DNA from: Candidatus Sumerlaeales bacterium
Lineage (GTDB): Bacteria > Sumerlaeota > Sumerlaeia > Sumerlaeales > Sumerlaeaceae
DNA: 38,636 bases
Direction of reading: 5' to 3'
Assembly: GCA_038243585.1 (NCBI GenBank)
Contig: JBBSQY010000031.1
Span: 1 to 38,636, forward strand
In this document: positions 9,277-17,990 of the stretch, in pieces
Layout of the letters: every line of letters starts with the position of its first letter
How positions within the stretch are numbered: the first letter of the stretch is position 1
The notes under the pieces: generated by a model
Seen by the model: only the letters and a program-made list of their open reading frames with translations
Databases searched by the model: none
What the model was told of the DNA's origin: nothing
Translations under genes and position numbers: made by a program

Positions 9277-9968
9277 AAACGGCAGTTGTTGTTTTTCCAG
9301 GTTCAAATTGCGAAGCAGACACCATCAGGGCCGTCGAGACTTTAACCGGCGCGTCTCCGGAAGTCGCATGGCACAAAGATCCGCTGCCCAGCGGAACAGA
9401 CCTGGTTCTGCTGCCGGGCGGCTTTTCGTATGGCGATTATCTGCGGGCAGGAGCCATCGCGCGGTTTTCGCCGGTCATGCAAAGCGTAGTAGATCACGCA
9501 CGCGCAGGCGGGCTCGTACTGGGTATTTGCAACGGCTTCCAGATTCTTCTCGAAGCTGGATTATTGCCCGGCGCAATGGTGCGCAACAGCAGCCTGCACT
9601 TCGTATGTAAATGGACCAACATTCGCACAGAGCGAACTGACCTGGCCTTCACGACCGGCATTTCACCTGTTATCCGAATCCCTGTAGCCCACGCCACGGG
9701 AAATTACTACATCGAGCCTGAAGGCCTCTGCGCCTTGGAAGAACGAGGCCAGGTTGTCTTCAGATACTGCGACGAATCAGGTAAAGCAACAAAGGACGCC
9801 AACCCAAACGGAAGCATAGGCAACATTGCTGGGATCTGTAACGAGCAGGGTAACGTACTAGGCATGATGCCGCATCCCGAACGCGCTATTTCCGCCGATT
9901 TAGGTTCTGAAGACGGGGCGCAAATTCTTCGCGCGGCTTTAGGCCTATCGGCAAAATTCGCTGTTTGA
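9273..9968 (+). CDS. purQ: FGAM synthase glutaminase subunit PurQ
   Basis: Motifs [38 protein letters not shown] and GMMPHPER. Confidence 0.97.
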   Translation: MKTAVVVFPGSNCEADTIRAVETLTGASPEVAWHKDPLPSGTDLVLLPGGFSYGDYLRAGAIARFSPVMQSVVDHARAGGLVLGICNGFQILLEAGLLPGAMVRNSSLHFVCKWTNIRTERTDLAFTTGISPVIRIPVAHATGNYYIEPEGLCALEERGQVVFRYCDESGKATKDANPNGSIGNIAGICNEQGNVLGMMPHPERAISADLGSEDGAQILRAALGLSAKFAV

Positions 9969-10003
9969 TGTTGTTTAAAAGGCTACGGGAATAGAGATAC
10001 GCC

Positions 10004-10768
10004 ATGGCGCGAATACGACAGTCAGCCGGTAGCGAAGCTGGAATTTTGTCGCGTCAGGGCGAGTTGTTTTCCGGCGGTCCCCCGGAGGGTTTCCTCCAGC
10101 GGTGTAATCCCGCGTCTCGAGTGATACTTTTATTTCTAATATTGAGCGCCATTTCCGTTTGTGCCAGTCCGTTATTGCTGGCAGGTTTTTTTGCATTATC
10201 CATGGCGGTGGCAATCTTAAGTTTCTTGAATCTTGCCTCTATTTACAAGCTAATGCTGGTTCCTCTTTTGTTCATGGCGATACCGAGCTGGCTGGTTGCC
10301 GTCTGGTGGTATGAGATTCCCTTTTTTTCGGGAGTCCTTTTTTTTCTGCGAACCCTTGCCAGCGTAAGCGTGGCCAGCGTCGTTTTACACAGCATAGGTC
10401 TGCGGCGGGTGGGAGAAGTATTCGTGTGGCTGCGATTGCCGGTTGAGCTACGTCAAACCTGGACGATGATGGTAAGCCAGGTCGCCGGTTTTTCTGACCT
10501 CGTGACAGAAATGGCCTTGGCACGTAACGCGCGCCGTGTCAAACCGATCAGCGGAAACCAGGCGCGCCGACAGATCGGAAACCAGATGGGGATTCTGCTC
10601 GCGCGCACCTACCGGCGCGGGACCCAGCTCGGATTGGCAATGGAAGCTCGTCAGGTATTGCAACGGGGGAGCAGTCCGAACGCACCGCACGAGGCCATCT
10701 GGGCTGCCCGTGACTACAGTCTGGTTGCTGTAGGCGCTGCCGCAGCCCTTGTGGGAGCCTTATTGTGA
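10004..10768 (+). CDS. ECF transporter transmembrane T component (CbiQ/NikQ-like)
   Basis: N-terminal GFLQRCNPASRV, TM helices, and two Ala-Arg coupling motifs (ARNARR, AMEARQ); coupled to a downstream ABC ATPase. Confidence 0.8.
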   Translation: MARIRQSAGSEAGILSRQGELFSGGPPEGFLQRCNPASRVILLFLILSAISVCASPLLLAGFFALSMAVAILSFLNLASIYKLMLVPLLFMAIPSWLVAVWWYEIPFFSGVLFFLRTLASVSVASVVLHSIGLRRVGEVFVWLRLPVELRQTWTMMVSQVAGFSDLVTEMALARNARRVKPISGNQARRQIGNQMGILLARTYRRGTQLGLAMEARQVLQRGSSPNAPHEAIWAARDYSLVAVGAAAALVGALL

Positions 10769-11580
10769 GCGCACCACTTTTTAAACTGGATAACATCAGC
10801 CACGGTTTTCAAGCCGAATCAAAAGCGCTGGATTGCATCAATACCCACATTGAGGCGGGTGATTGCCTTGCGCTGCTCGGATGTAACGGCGCAGGAAAAT
10901 CGACGCTGCTCCATATTCTGGGCGGATTGATAACCCCCACCGAAGGTAGCGTTCAATGGTGCGGCCGCGAAATCTCCATGCAACTTCTCAGCAGAGACAA
11001 CGTCTTGCGCAGCGAGTTTCGCCGCAGTGTCGGCACCGTATTTCAGGATCCCGATTCCCAGTGGCTTTGTGATACGGTAAAAGACGAAGTGCTTTACGGC
11101 CCGTTGCAGATATGGCCCCCGGCCGAGGCACACGCAAGAGTCGCGCAGATAATAGAAATCATGGGCATAAACCACCTCTCTGAACAGCCGCCCTACGCGC
11201 TGAGCGGCGGCCAGAAAAGGCGTGTATCCTTGGCGAGCATCATTTCCATGGATCCAGATGTGCTGCTACTCGACGAGCCGACATCCAGCCTTGATGCCGC
11301 GACCACAGATTTCTTGGTGGACTGGCTGCGGGACTTTACCAAGCGTCCGGGAAAGACGCTCATCATCGCTACCCACGACCTCGAATTAGTCAGAGATCTG
11401 ACTACCCGATGCGTGGTCATCACGCCATGCCACAAGCTGGCGCGAGAGGGAACCACCTCGGAAATATTATCAGACGAAAACCTCCTAAGACAAATGAACC
11501 TCCTGGGTCGTCGAAAGGTCTTCGCGCTAGGCGCGGCTTTGACATTCGACACAAATTACAGAAGGCATGAAAAACCGTAA
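10765..11580 (+). CDS. ECF transporter ATPase (CbiO/NikO-like)
   Basis: Walker A GCNGAGKST, ECF-type VFQDPDSQ Q-loop, LSGGQKRRV, LLLDEPT and THD. Confidence 0.88.
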   Translation: MSAPLFKLDNISHGFQAESKALDCINTHIEAGDCLALLGCNGAGKSTLLHILGGLITPTEGSVQWCGREISMQLLSRDNVLRSEFRRSVGTVFQDPDSQWLCDTVKDEVLYGPLQIWPPAEAHARVAQIIEIMGINHLSEQPPYALSGGQKRRVSLASIISMDPDVLLLDEPTSSLDAATTDFLVDWLRDFTKRPGKTLIIATHDLELVRDLTTRCVVITPCHKLAREGTTSEILSDENLLRQMNLLGRRKVFALGAALTFDTNYRRHEKP

Positions 11581-11664
11581 AAATCAGAAAACCAAACATT
11601 GTAATGAGCTTATGCGGCAATTGCATTGACTACAATAAGAGTGTCTCTGTACCGCTTTCATATC

Positions 11665-12132
11665 ATGAAGCGCTCCCTACGCCATATTTTGCCTATGTTA
11701 AGCTTCGCTGTCGCCTTGTTTGCCGGGGCCTGGCTGGTGCTTCCCCATGATGTTTGTCTGACGAAGATCCTTGTTACACAGGGCTGTGTTTGCCTGCCCG
11801 CTTCTCACGCGGTAATTGACTGCGACTGCTGCGGGCATACTATTACCGCCTGTGATACAGCCGGCGGAGATAACGACGCGCAATTTGCCCAGGATAATGG
11901 CGCGGGGGATTCTCCTCATCCTGGCTGCTTCTCAATCTCGTCCAGTTTTTATAAAGTAACAGGGCCAGAGCGGGCACCAGACGCGGCATTGATCACTAAT
12001 TTAGTCGCACTATTGCCCGTGTTGCCCATTATAGAAAATAATACTGGGGCTACCTGCTTCCTCGATGAAGTAGAAATTAGTAATTCCTGTAAAACGGCCC
12101 TCTACAGGGACAACTGCGTCTTTTTAATCTGA
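11665..12132 (+). CDS. Small Cys/His-rich exported protein (candidate leader/uORF of the downstream efflux operon)
   Basis: Signal or TM N-terminus; CVC, CDCCGH and HPGC; C-terminus LYRDNCVFLI. First ATG is at 11665 (the track starts at TTG 11626). Confidence 0.65.
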   Translation: MKRSLRHILPMLSFAVALFAGAWLVLPHDVCLTKILVTQGCVCLPASHAVIDCDCCGHTITACDTAGGDNDAQFAQDNGAGDSPHPGCFSISSSFYKVTGPERAPDAALITNLVALLPVLPIIENNTGATCFLDEVEISNSCKTALYRDNCVFLI

Positions 12133-12140
12133 ATTCGTAA

Positions 12141-12262
12141 TTTTCCGGCGCTCCTTTGCGCCGATGTGCGGGAAGTTTCCACCCCTGCTTTTCTCTCCCT
12201 GACTCAATTCTTTAATGAGTCGCCCCCCACCCGTATTTCTCCTGTTTGGAGATTGTGAGAGA
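12141..12262 (+). promoter_or_regulatory. Structured intergenic spacer with anti-SD elements upstream of the MFP gene
   Basis: Stems cggcgc/gcgccg (12146-12163), gactca/tgagtc (12201-12221) and tctcc/ggaga (12238-12252); tctctc (12192-12197) is complementary to gagaga (12257-12262) just before ATG 12266. Confidence 0.4.
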
Positions 12263-12265
12263 CCC

Positions 12266-13816
12266 ATGAATTCAGAAATAGACCTAAAAAACTTTAGCGA
12301 AAACAGTTACACATCAGAGTCAAAGCAACAGCCCACTGGGCTGGTCGCGCCCCCAAGGCGCGTGTTTACTCGTTACATTTTGCCCCTGTTGTTGCTGGGC
12401 GGCTTTGCGGCTGTAGGCGCGTTCGCCTTTCGCGAAAGCTTCGTGCGACCAGTGCCCGTAATGGTGACCATGCCGATGGTCGCCGGTGTCACGTCAGATG
12501 TCCTTACCGGAGCCGTAGAAAGTAAAACCGTAGTTGCAGAGAAAACGTCTCTATTCCAGGCACCCGGCTGGATTGAACCGGAACCGTATCCGATCCGGAT
12601 TTCAGCGCTTCGAATTGGCACAGTTAAATCAATTAATGTGCTCGAAGGCGAGACCGTGTCTTCAGGATCTGTGATTGCTCAACTGGTTGACGAAGATGCA
12701 CGCCTGGCTCTCGATAGCGCCGAAAGCGCGTTGAAGCTGAAACAGGCGCGATATCAGGCCGCCATGGATCGTTGGAAAAACCCCACATCCCTGGTGGAAT
12801 CCGTGGCCACGGCACGGGCCAGCGGTGCCATGCTGAAAGCAGAAGAACGACGCCTGCAGGAACTACTGGAACTGGCGGAAGTAGAGGCGAATGTCGGGAT
12901 ATCCCTCGGCAAAGGCGGTTACGAGGCGTCTCTAGAGACCCTGAGAAAAAAGACACAGTTTTCAGCAAGCCGAAACCAACTGGCTGAAACACAGGCGGAA
13001 ATCAGCTTGAACAGCGCGACACTAAGCGCGGCCACGGAGCGACTCGCTCTGCGCATTGAGGACCGCGAGGCGCTGGAATCGGCCCATGCGGAATTTCTTG
13101 CGGCAAAGACAAGTCTCGAGATGGCGCAGCTTGATCTGGATCGATCCACAATATCCGCTCCCACCAGCGGCACGATAATGCGCCTCATGGTATCACCCGG
13201 GTCCATGCTGTCGAGGGAGATGGCGAACGGAATGGTACTGGCCACTCTTTACCAGCCCGACAAGCTTCAGGTTCGAGCGGATGTGCCCTTGAGTGAAGCC
13301 GCCAAGGTTCGGCCCGGCCTCGCCGCCGAAATTAAAGTCGAGGCGCTCCCCGACAGAGTTTTTAAGGGCGAACTCGTCAACATCGTCCCCGAATTCGATC
13401 TGCAAAAAAATATTTTGCCGGTAAAAGTTCGAATCTATGATCCGGTGCCGAGCCTCCGTCCGGAGATGATTGCAAGAGTAGAGTTTTTCCAGGGGGGCGG
13501 CAAGACGAGCGGCGGGTTAAAAAAGGGCGACGGGTCAACAACCGGATCAAAATTTAACCCGTCATCCGATGAAACCCTGCTGATCCCTGCGGAATTGCTT
13601 ATGGTGGACGGCACTCAAACTTCGGTGCTTTTGGCCGGTCCGGACGGCTACGCCCATCGGCGCGAAGTTGCCGCAGGCAGCCCAGACTCCAACGGCTTGG
13701 TTGCCATCACCAAAGGCCTGCGGATTTCAGATAAGATATTGGTGTCGCCAGGGGACAAAGTTCAGGACGGCACCCCCATTAAAATTAAAGGATTGGCCAA
13801 AGATGGCGTTGATTGA
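12266..13816 (+). CDS. Efflux membrane-fusion protein (HlyD/MacA-like periplasmic adaptor)
   Basis: Single N-terminal TM; lipoyl half-motifs (GTVKSINVLEGETV, ISAPTSGTI) flanking a long coiled coil; LRPEMIARV. Start set at ATG 12266. Confidence 0.88.
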   Translation: MNSEIDLKNFSENSYTSESKQQPTGLVAPPRRVFTRYILPLLLLGGFAAVGAFAFRESFVRPVPVMVTMPMVAGVTSDVLTGAVESKTVVAEKTSLFQAPGWIEPEPYPIRISALRIGTVKSINVLEGETVSSGSVIAQLVDEDARLALDSAESALKLKQARYQAAMDRWKNPTSLVESVATARASGAMLKAEERRLQELLELAEVEANVGISLGKGGYEASLETLRKKTQFSASRNQLAETQAEISLNSATLSAATERLALRIEDREALESAHAEFLAAKTSLEMAQLDLDRSTISAPTSGTIMRLMVSPGSMLSREMANGMVLATLYQPDKLQVRADVPLSEAAKVRPGLAAEIKVEALPDRVFKGELVNIVPEFDLQKNILPVKVRIYDPVPSLRPEMIARVEFFQGGGKTSGGLKKGDGSTTGSKFNPSSDETLLIPAELLMVDGTQTSVLLAGPDGYAHRREVAAGSPDSNGLVAITKGLRISDKILVSPGDKVQDGTPIKIKGLAKDGVD

Positions 13817-14507
13817 ACTTCTTAACGTGACAAAAAGTTATCGGAAGGGTGCGCAAAAAGTGACGCCGCTCAGTGACCTGAATCTTGAAGTCCAGGAAGG
13901 CGAGTTCGTCGCCCTGATGGGGCCCTCTGGCAGCGGTAAAACGACCCTGCTCAATCTGGTTGCGGGCATCGATCAGGCGACCTCCGGGCAGGTGATGGTG
14001 GATGGCGTCGATATAACTCGGCTGTCGCGGTCGCGGCTGGCGCGATGGCGGTCACAAAGCATCGGCTATATATTTCAGCTTTATCACTTGGTTCCCGTTT
14101 TGACGGCTTACGAAAACGTTGAGCTTCCGTTACTGTTGCACAACCTTTCGCGGCGGGATCGCCAACAGCGCGTAAATGTTGCACTGGAGGCAGTGGGTCT
14201 GCTGGAAAGGCACGATCATTACCCGCGCCAGCTCAGCGGGGGACAGGAGCAACGGGTGGCCATCGCGCGCGCAATCGTCACTAACCCGCGCATCATCGTA
14301 GCGGATGAGCCAACAGGCGATCTGGATCGGGAAAGCGCCGATCAAACCCTGAAGTTGCTTAGACGGCTGACCGACGAAATGGGTAAAACCCTCGTTATGG
14401 TAACTCACGATCCGAGCGCTGCCCAGGTCGCCAAACGTCTGATTCATCTGGAAAAGGGTGCCATTGTCGGCGCCGAAGAATTTAGCCAGGAGGCTATACC
14501 CGCATGA
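13803..14507 (+). CDS. ABC transporter ATP-binding protein (LolD/MacB-NBD type)
   Basis: [42 protein letters not shown] and VTHD. Start at ATG 13803 (MALIELL), overlapping the MFP end. Confidence 0.93.
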   Translation: MALIELLNVTKSYRKGAQKVTPLSDLNLEVQEGEFVALMGPSGSGKTTLLNLVAGIDQATSGQVMVDGVDITRLSRSRLARWRSQSIGYIFQLYHLVPVLTAYENVELPLLLHNLSRRDRQQRVNVALEAVGLLERHDHYPRQLSGGQEQRVAIARAIVTNPRIIVADEPTGDLDRESADQTLKLLRRLTDEMGKTLVMVTHDPSAAQVAKRLIHLEKGAIVGAEEFSQEAIPA

Positions 14508-15655
14508 TGCTGTTCAAATTACTTCATTACGCCTGGCGTGGTATAGGCAGGCAAAAGATTCGCAGCCTGCTCACCGTAATAGGGATAGCGGCGGCCATGT
14601 TCCTTTTCACGTTTATCGAAGGACTGCAAAGTGGAGTCCGTGCCGCCACCGAAAACACCGCGACAAACAATATGCTGATCGTGTACCAGAAAAGCAGGTT
14701 TTGTCCGGCGACCAGCAGTCTGCCAGAGCGTTACGCCGGCGTCATCGAAAAGATGCCGGAAGTGAAAAGCGTGCTGCCGGTTAAAATTTTCGTCAACAAC
14801 TGCCGCGCTAGCCTAGACAGTATCACATTTAAAGGCGTGCCGGAGGAGGCCCTGTTGAGCGGGGTGAAAGCTCTTGATATAATCTCCGGTTCTCTAAAAG
14901 ATTTTACAGGACACACTGATGGTGCCCTCGTCGGTAAGCGGCTGGCGGATCGGCGAGCTTTGGCCGTGGGTAATCGATTTAAGGTCGGCAGCGTGGACGT
15001 GCGCGTATCCGGCATTTTCCAATCAAGCGTGCCCGGAGAAGATAATGTGGCGTACAGTCACTTGGAGTTCCTCCAGCGAGCCAAGGGAGTAGACAGTTTG
15101 GGCCGGGTGACTCAGTTTGAGGTGGCGCTGAAATCCGCAGACAGCGCCGAGACCGTTGCAAAGCGAATTGACGCCAACTTTAAAGTGGATGAAATTCAAA
15201 CGGACACCAAAACTCACAAAGCCCACTTGGCCTCCGCCACAGGCGATTTGCTGAACCTCATCCGGTTTACGCGGTGGCTGGGCCTGCTGTGTGTTGGGGT
15301 GGTGCTGGCGTTGACAGCAAATACCATCTATGTAATGGTGCAGGATCGGGTGCAGGAACATGCCGTGTTGCAGACCCTTGGCTTTGTCGGACATCAGTTG
15401 CTGTTTCTGGTCCTGGTAGAAAGCCTGCTGCTCTCCCTGATGGGGGGCCTGCTGGGAACCGGCATCGCGACTCTTGTGCTGAAATACGGAAATTTGGGAA
15501 TGGGCGCAGAGGGAGTGCAGATAAGCTTTCTGGTGACGCCGTTAGTCATAGCTTTGGGGATAGCCGTCAGCGCGTTGACCGGTTTTCTTGCGGGACTTAT
15601 TCCGGCAATACAGGCAGCGTCCGCGCCCATCGTTGACTCGCTGAGGAAGGTGTAG
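14504..15655 (+). CDS. ABC transporter permease (MacB/FtsX type)
   Basis: RSLLTVIGIAAA TM1, large periplasmic domain, DRVQEHAVLQTLGF, three C-terminal TMs and PAIQAAS. Confidence 0.9.
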   Translation: MMLFKLLHYAWRGIGRQKIRSLLTVIGIAAAMFLFTFIEGLQSGVRAATENTATNNMLIVYQKSRFCPATSSLPERYAGVIEKMPEVKSVLPVKIFVNNCRASLDSITFKGVPEEALLSGVKALDIISGSLKDFTGHTDGALVGKRLADRRALAVGNRFKVGSVDVRVSGIFQSSVPGEDNVAYSHLEFLQRAKGVDSLGRVTQFEVALKSADSAETVAKRIDANFKVDEIQTDTKTHKAHLASATGDLLNLIRFTRWLGLLCVGVVLALTANTIYVMVQDRVQEHAVLQTLGFVGHQLLFLVLVESLLLSLMGGLLGTGIATLVLKYGNLGMGAEGVQISFLVTPLVIALGIAVSALTGFLAGLIPAIQAASAPIVDSLRKV

Positions 15656-15659
15656 TCCC

Positions 15660-16823
15660 ATGAAGCTGCTGCCTTTTGACTACGCCGCGCGAAACGCCGG
15701 ACGCAACCCTGTCAGAACCATGTTAATGATCGCCGGCGCCGCAGGCGTGGTTTTCCTTGTCATACTTATGGGCGCATTTGTGCAGAGCATGGCAACGACT
15801 ATGCGCAGCACGGGCGAGCCATTAAACGCGATAATAATGGGGGCCGGGTCTGAGGATTTTCTTGAGCAGTCGGAAATCAGTCCGGCGGTTCCGTCCATTG
15901 CGTCTGCAGCGATTGAGGGTATAGATGCCATTAATGGAAAGCCCGTACTTTCTCCGGAAATCCTCCATTCCGGCATTGTACAGGTCGCGGGTGGTGTTGC
16001 TGGCGATGATTCCCATAAGATTCTTGTTCGCGGAATCACCCCGGATGCGTTTCTGGTTCATCAGCAGGTTTATATTACAGAAGGAAGCTTACCGGGACCG
16101 GACGAAATTCTGGTCGGTGGTCTTGCTTCCACTCGCCTTGATCTGCCAGAGGCCGCTCTGGAAATCGGTAAAACGCTGGAGTTCGAAAACAAAAAGTGGA
16201 CAATCAGCGGGAAATTTTCGGCACCAGGAACCGCTTTCGACGCGGAAATTTGGGCACCCCTTCAATCGCTAATGATCCAGACAAAGCGCGATACTTACAG
16301 TTGCGTCATAGTTCGACTGGAGACGTCTGAAAATTTCTCAGATGTCGATTTTTTTGTAAAGACTCGCCTTGATCTTGAACTGGCGGCGGTTCCGGAAACA
16401 ACCTACTACAGCGGACTTGCACAGTTTTTTCGGCCCGTACAGATCATGGGGTGGGTGATGGCCGCGCTCATAATAATTAGTGGACTGTTCGGCGGGTTAA
16501 ACGTTATGATCGCCGCGATATCCGGACGCACCAAGGAGCTTGCCTGCCTGGAAACCCTTGGCTTTAGCCGCAGAGCTATCGTAATTGCATTGTTGCAGGA
16601 AACGATGCTTCAGGTAGGAACCGGAACGCTTCTGTCTGTGTTTGGGGCGACTTTACTGCTCAGCGGGGTGGCCGTGAGATTTACCATGGGAGCTGTTGAG
16701 TTGAATGTGACACCGGATGTAGTTGTCGCCGGAATGGCCACCGGACTGGCTCTGGCGGTCTTTGGAACCCTTATTCCGGCGTTGAGATTCGCGCGGCGTC
16801 CGCTAATAGATCAGCTTAGATAA
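15660..16823 (+). CDS. Second ABC transporter permease (MacB/FtsX type)
   Basis: RNPVRT TM1, periplasmic domain, RTKELACLETLGF and IPALRFARRP. Confidence 0.9.
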   Translation: MKLLPFDYAARNAGRNPVRTMLMIAGAAGVVFLVILMGAFVQSMATTMRSTGEPLNAIIMGAGSEDFLEQSEISPAVPSIASAAIEGIDAINGKPVLSPEILHSGIVQVAGGVAGDDSHKILVRGITPDAFLVHQQVYITEGSLPGPDEILVGGLASTRLDLPEAALEIGKTLEFENKKWTISGKFSAPGTAFDAEIWAPLQSLMIQTKRDTYSCVIVRLETSENFSDVDFFVKTRLDLELAAVPETTYYSGLAQFFRPVQIMGWVMAALIIISGLFGGLNVMIAAISGRTKELACLETLGFSRRAIVIALLQETMLQVGTGTLLSVFGATLLLSGVAVRFTMGAVELNVTPDVVVAGMATGLALAVFGTLIPALRFARRPLIDQLR

Positions 16824-16856
16824 AAAATATTAACAAAAACCAAAGGAGATGAATCA

Positions 16857-17444
16857 ATGTTGAACGTTACAAAAATGGCCGGAGTATTGGCTTTGGGATT
16901 GTTGGTCGGCTTGGCCGGATGTGCAAAAGAAAGCGCAGAAGGCACCGACGTTGCTGGGCATTCTGAACATGATGGCCACGATCACTCCGGTCATGATCAT
17001 GACCACGCAGGCGAAGATCAGCCTGCGCCGTCCCCTGAATTGAAGGCGATTGTTCTGGATACTGGCGCGCCGACTCAGGTCGTTGGCGTTTCCCAGGCCC
17101 GCAGCAGCACCCCGGACGGCGAAGAAGTCACGGTGGAAGGCCGTTTGAAAGACTTTGTTGCTGGCAAAGCTGCTTTTACAATAGTAGACGGTAGCCTTAA
17201 ATCATGCCTTGAAGAGGGCGATGAATGTCCCACGCCGTGGGATTATTGCTGCACAGCGCCAAATGAAGTGGCGGCAAAAAGTGCAACTGTGAAGCTTATT
17301 GACGCCGAAGGTAAAGTACTTAACGGCAACCTCAAAGGCGTCAACAGCATCGACAACCTCAGCACCGTGGTAGTAACCGGAAAAGTAGAAAAAGACGCCA
17401 CCGGAAACATGACCATCGCAGCAAACAAAGTGTACCTGAAATAA
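16857..17444 (+). CDS. His-rich, Cys-cluster lipoprotein
   Basis: Strong SD AAAGGAG; lipobox LAG-C; HSEHDGHDHSGHDHDH; C.....ECPTPWDYCC in a beta-rich (OB-fold-like) domain. Confidence 0.85.
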   Translation: MLNVTKMAGVLALGLLVGLAGCAKESAEGTDVAGHSEHDGHDHSGHDHDHAGEDQPAPSPELKAIVLDTGAPTQVVGVSQARSSTPDGEEVTVEGRLKDFVAGKAAFTIVDGSLKSCLEEGDECPTPWDYCCTAPNEVAAKSATVKLIDAEGKVLNGNLKGVNSIDNLSTVVVTGKVEKDATGNMTIAANKVYLK

Positions 17445-17468
17445 GATAAGAACATCCGCAAAACGTGA

Positions 17469-17514
17469 GGGTGCAACTTCAGGAGTTAAATTTGAGGCTC
17501 TGGAAGTTGCACTC
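17469..17514. terminator. Long stem-loop just after the efflux operon
   Basis: gtgcaacttc (17471-17480) / gaagttgcac (17503-17512), with further inner pairs; no U-tract. Confidence 0.45.
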
Positions 17515-17515
17515 G

Positions 17516-17827
17516 AGCGGAGCGATGAAGTAGCATAGACGTCCCGCCTGTGTGAGTAGGCTAGACATTCCCGCCTATCCCAGACCCGCCCCCCAGCGCC
17601 GAAGGTGCATCGTATACCAGCCTGGGGCGAAGACCCAGGAATCCTTTCCCCATGAACACTCGGGAACATGGGTGACACTTTTGCGGGGTGCAGCGGAGCG
17701 TTGAAGTAGCATTGGCGTCCCGCCTGTGTCAGTAGGATCGAAATTCCCGCCTATCCCAGACCCGTCCCCGGCGCCGAAGATGCACCGCATACCAGCCTGG
17801 GGCGAAGTCCCAGGAATGCTTTCCCCA
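17516..17827. repeat. Imperfect tandem duplication (2 x about 137 bp, period 176) made of REP-like hairpins
   Basis: Copy 1 at 17516-17652, copy 2 at 17692-17827. Each has two GTAG+palindrome units (e.g. gtagcattggcgtcccgcctgtg) and a cctgggg-cgaag-n-cccagg hairpin. Confidence 0.85.
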
Positions 17828-17990
17828 AACGTACCGGGCTGAAATCCCCGCGCGTCACCTCCTCACCAATTCCTGCGCTTTGCCTTAAATGCCGCAAAAA
17901 TAATTCCGCTAAGTACCCATGCGGGAATACCGAGACCCAAATTCGCCTGCCTATATTGCTCCTGAATTCATATTTTACAGGAGCAATATC

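Noticed and set aside
13668..13802. N-terminal extension of the ABC ATPase, or a frameshift fusion with the MFP
   Set aside because: It overlaps the MFP coding end; ATG 13803 gives a normal-length NBD and no slippery site is evident.
17516..17827. Possible CRISPR array
   Set aside because: Only two long imperfect copies, no short identical repeats with unique spacers, and no cas genes.
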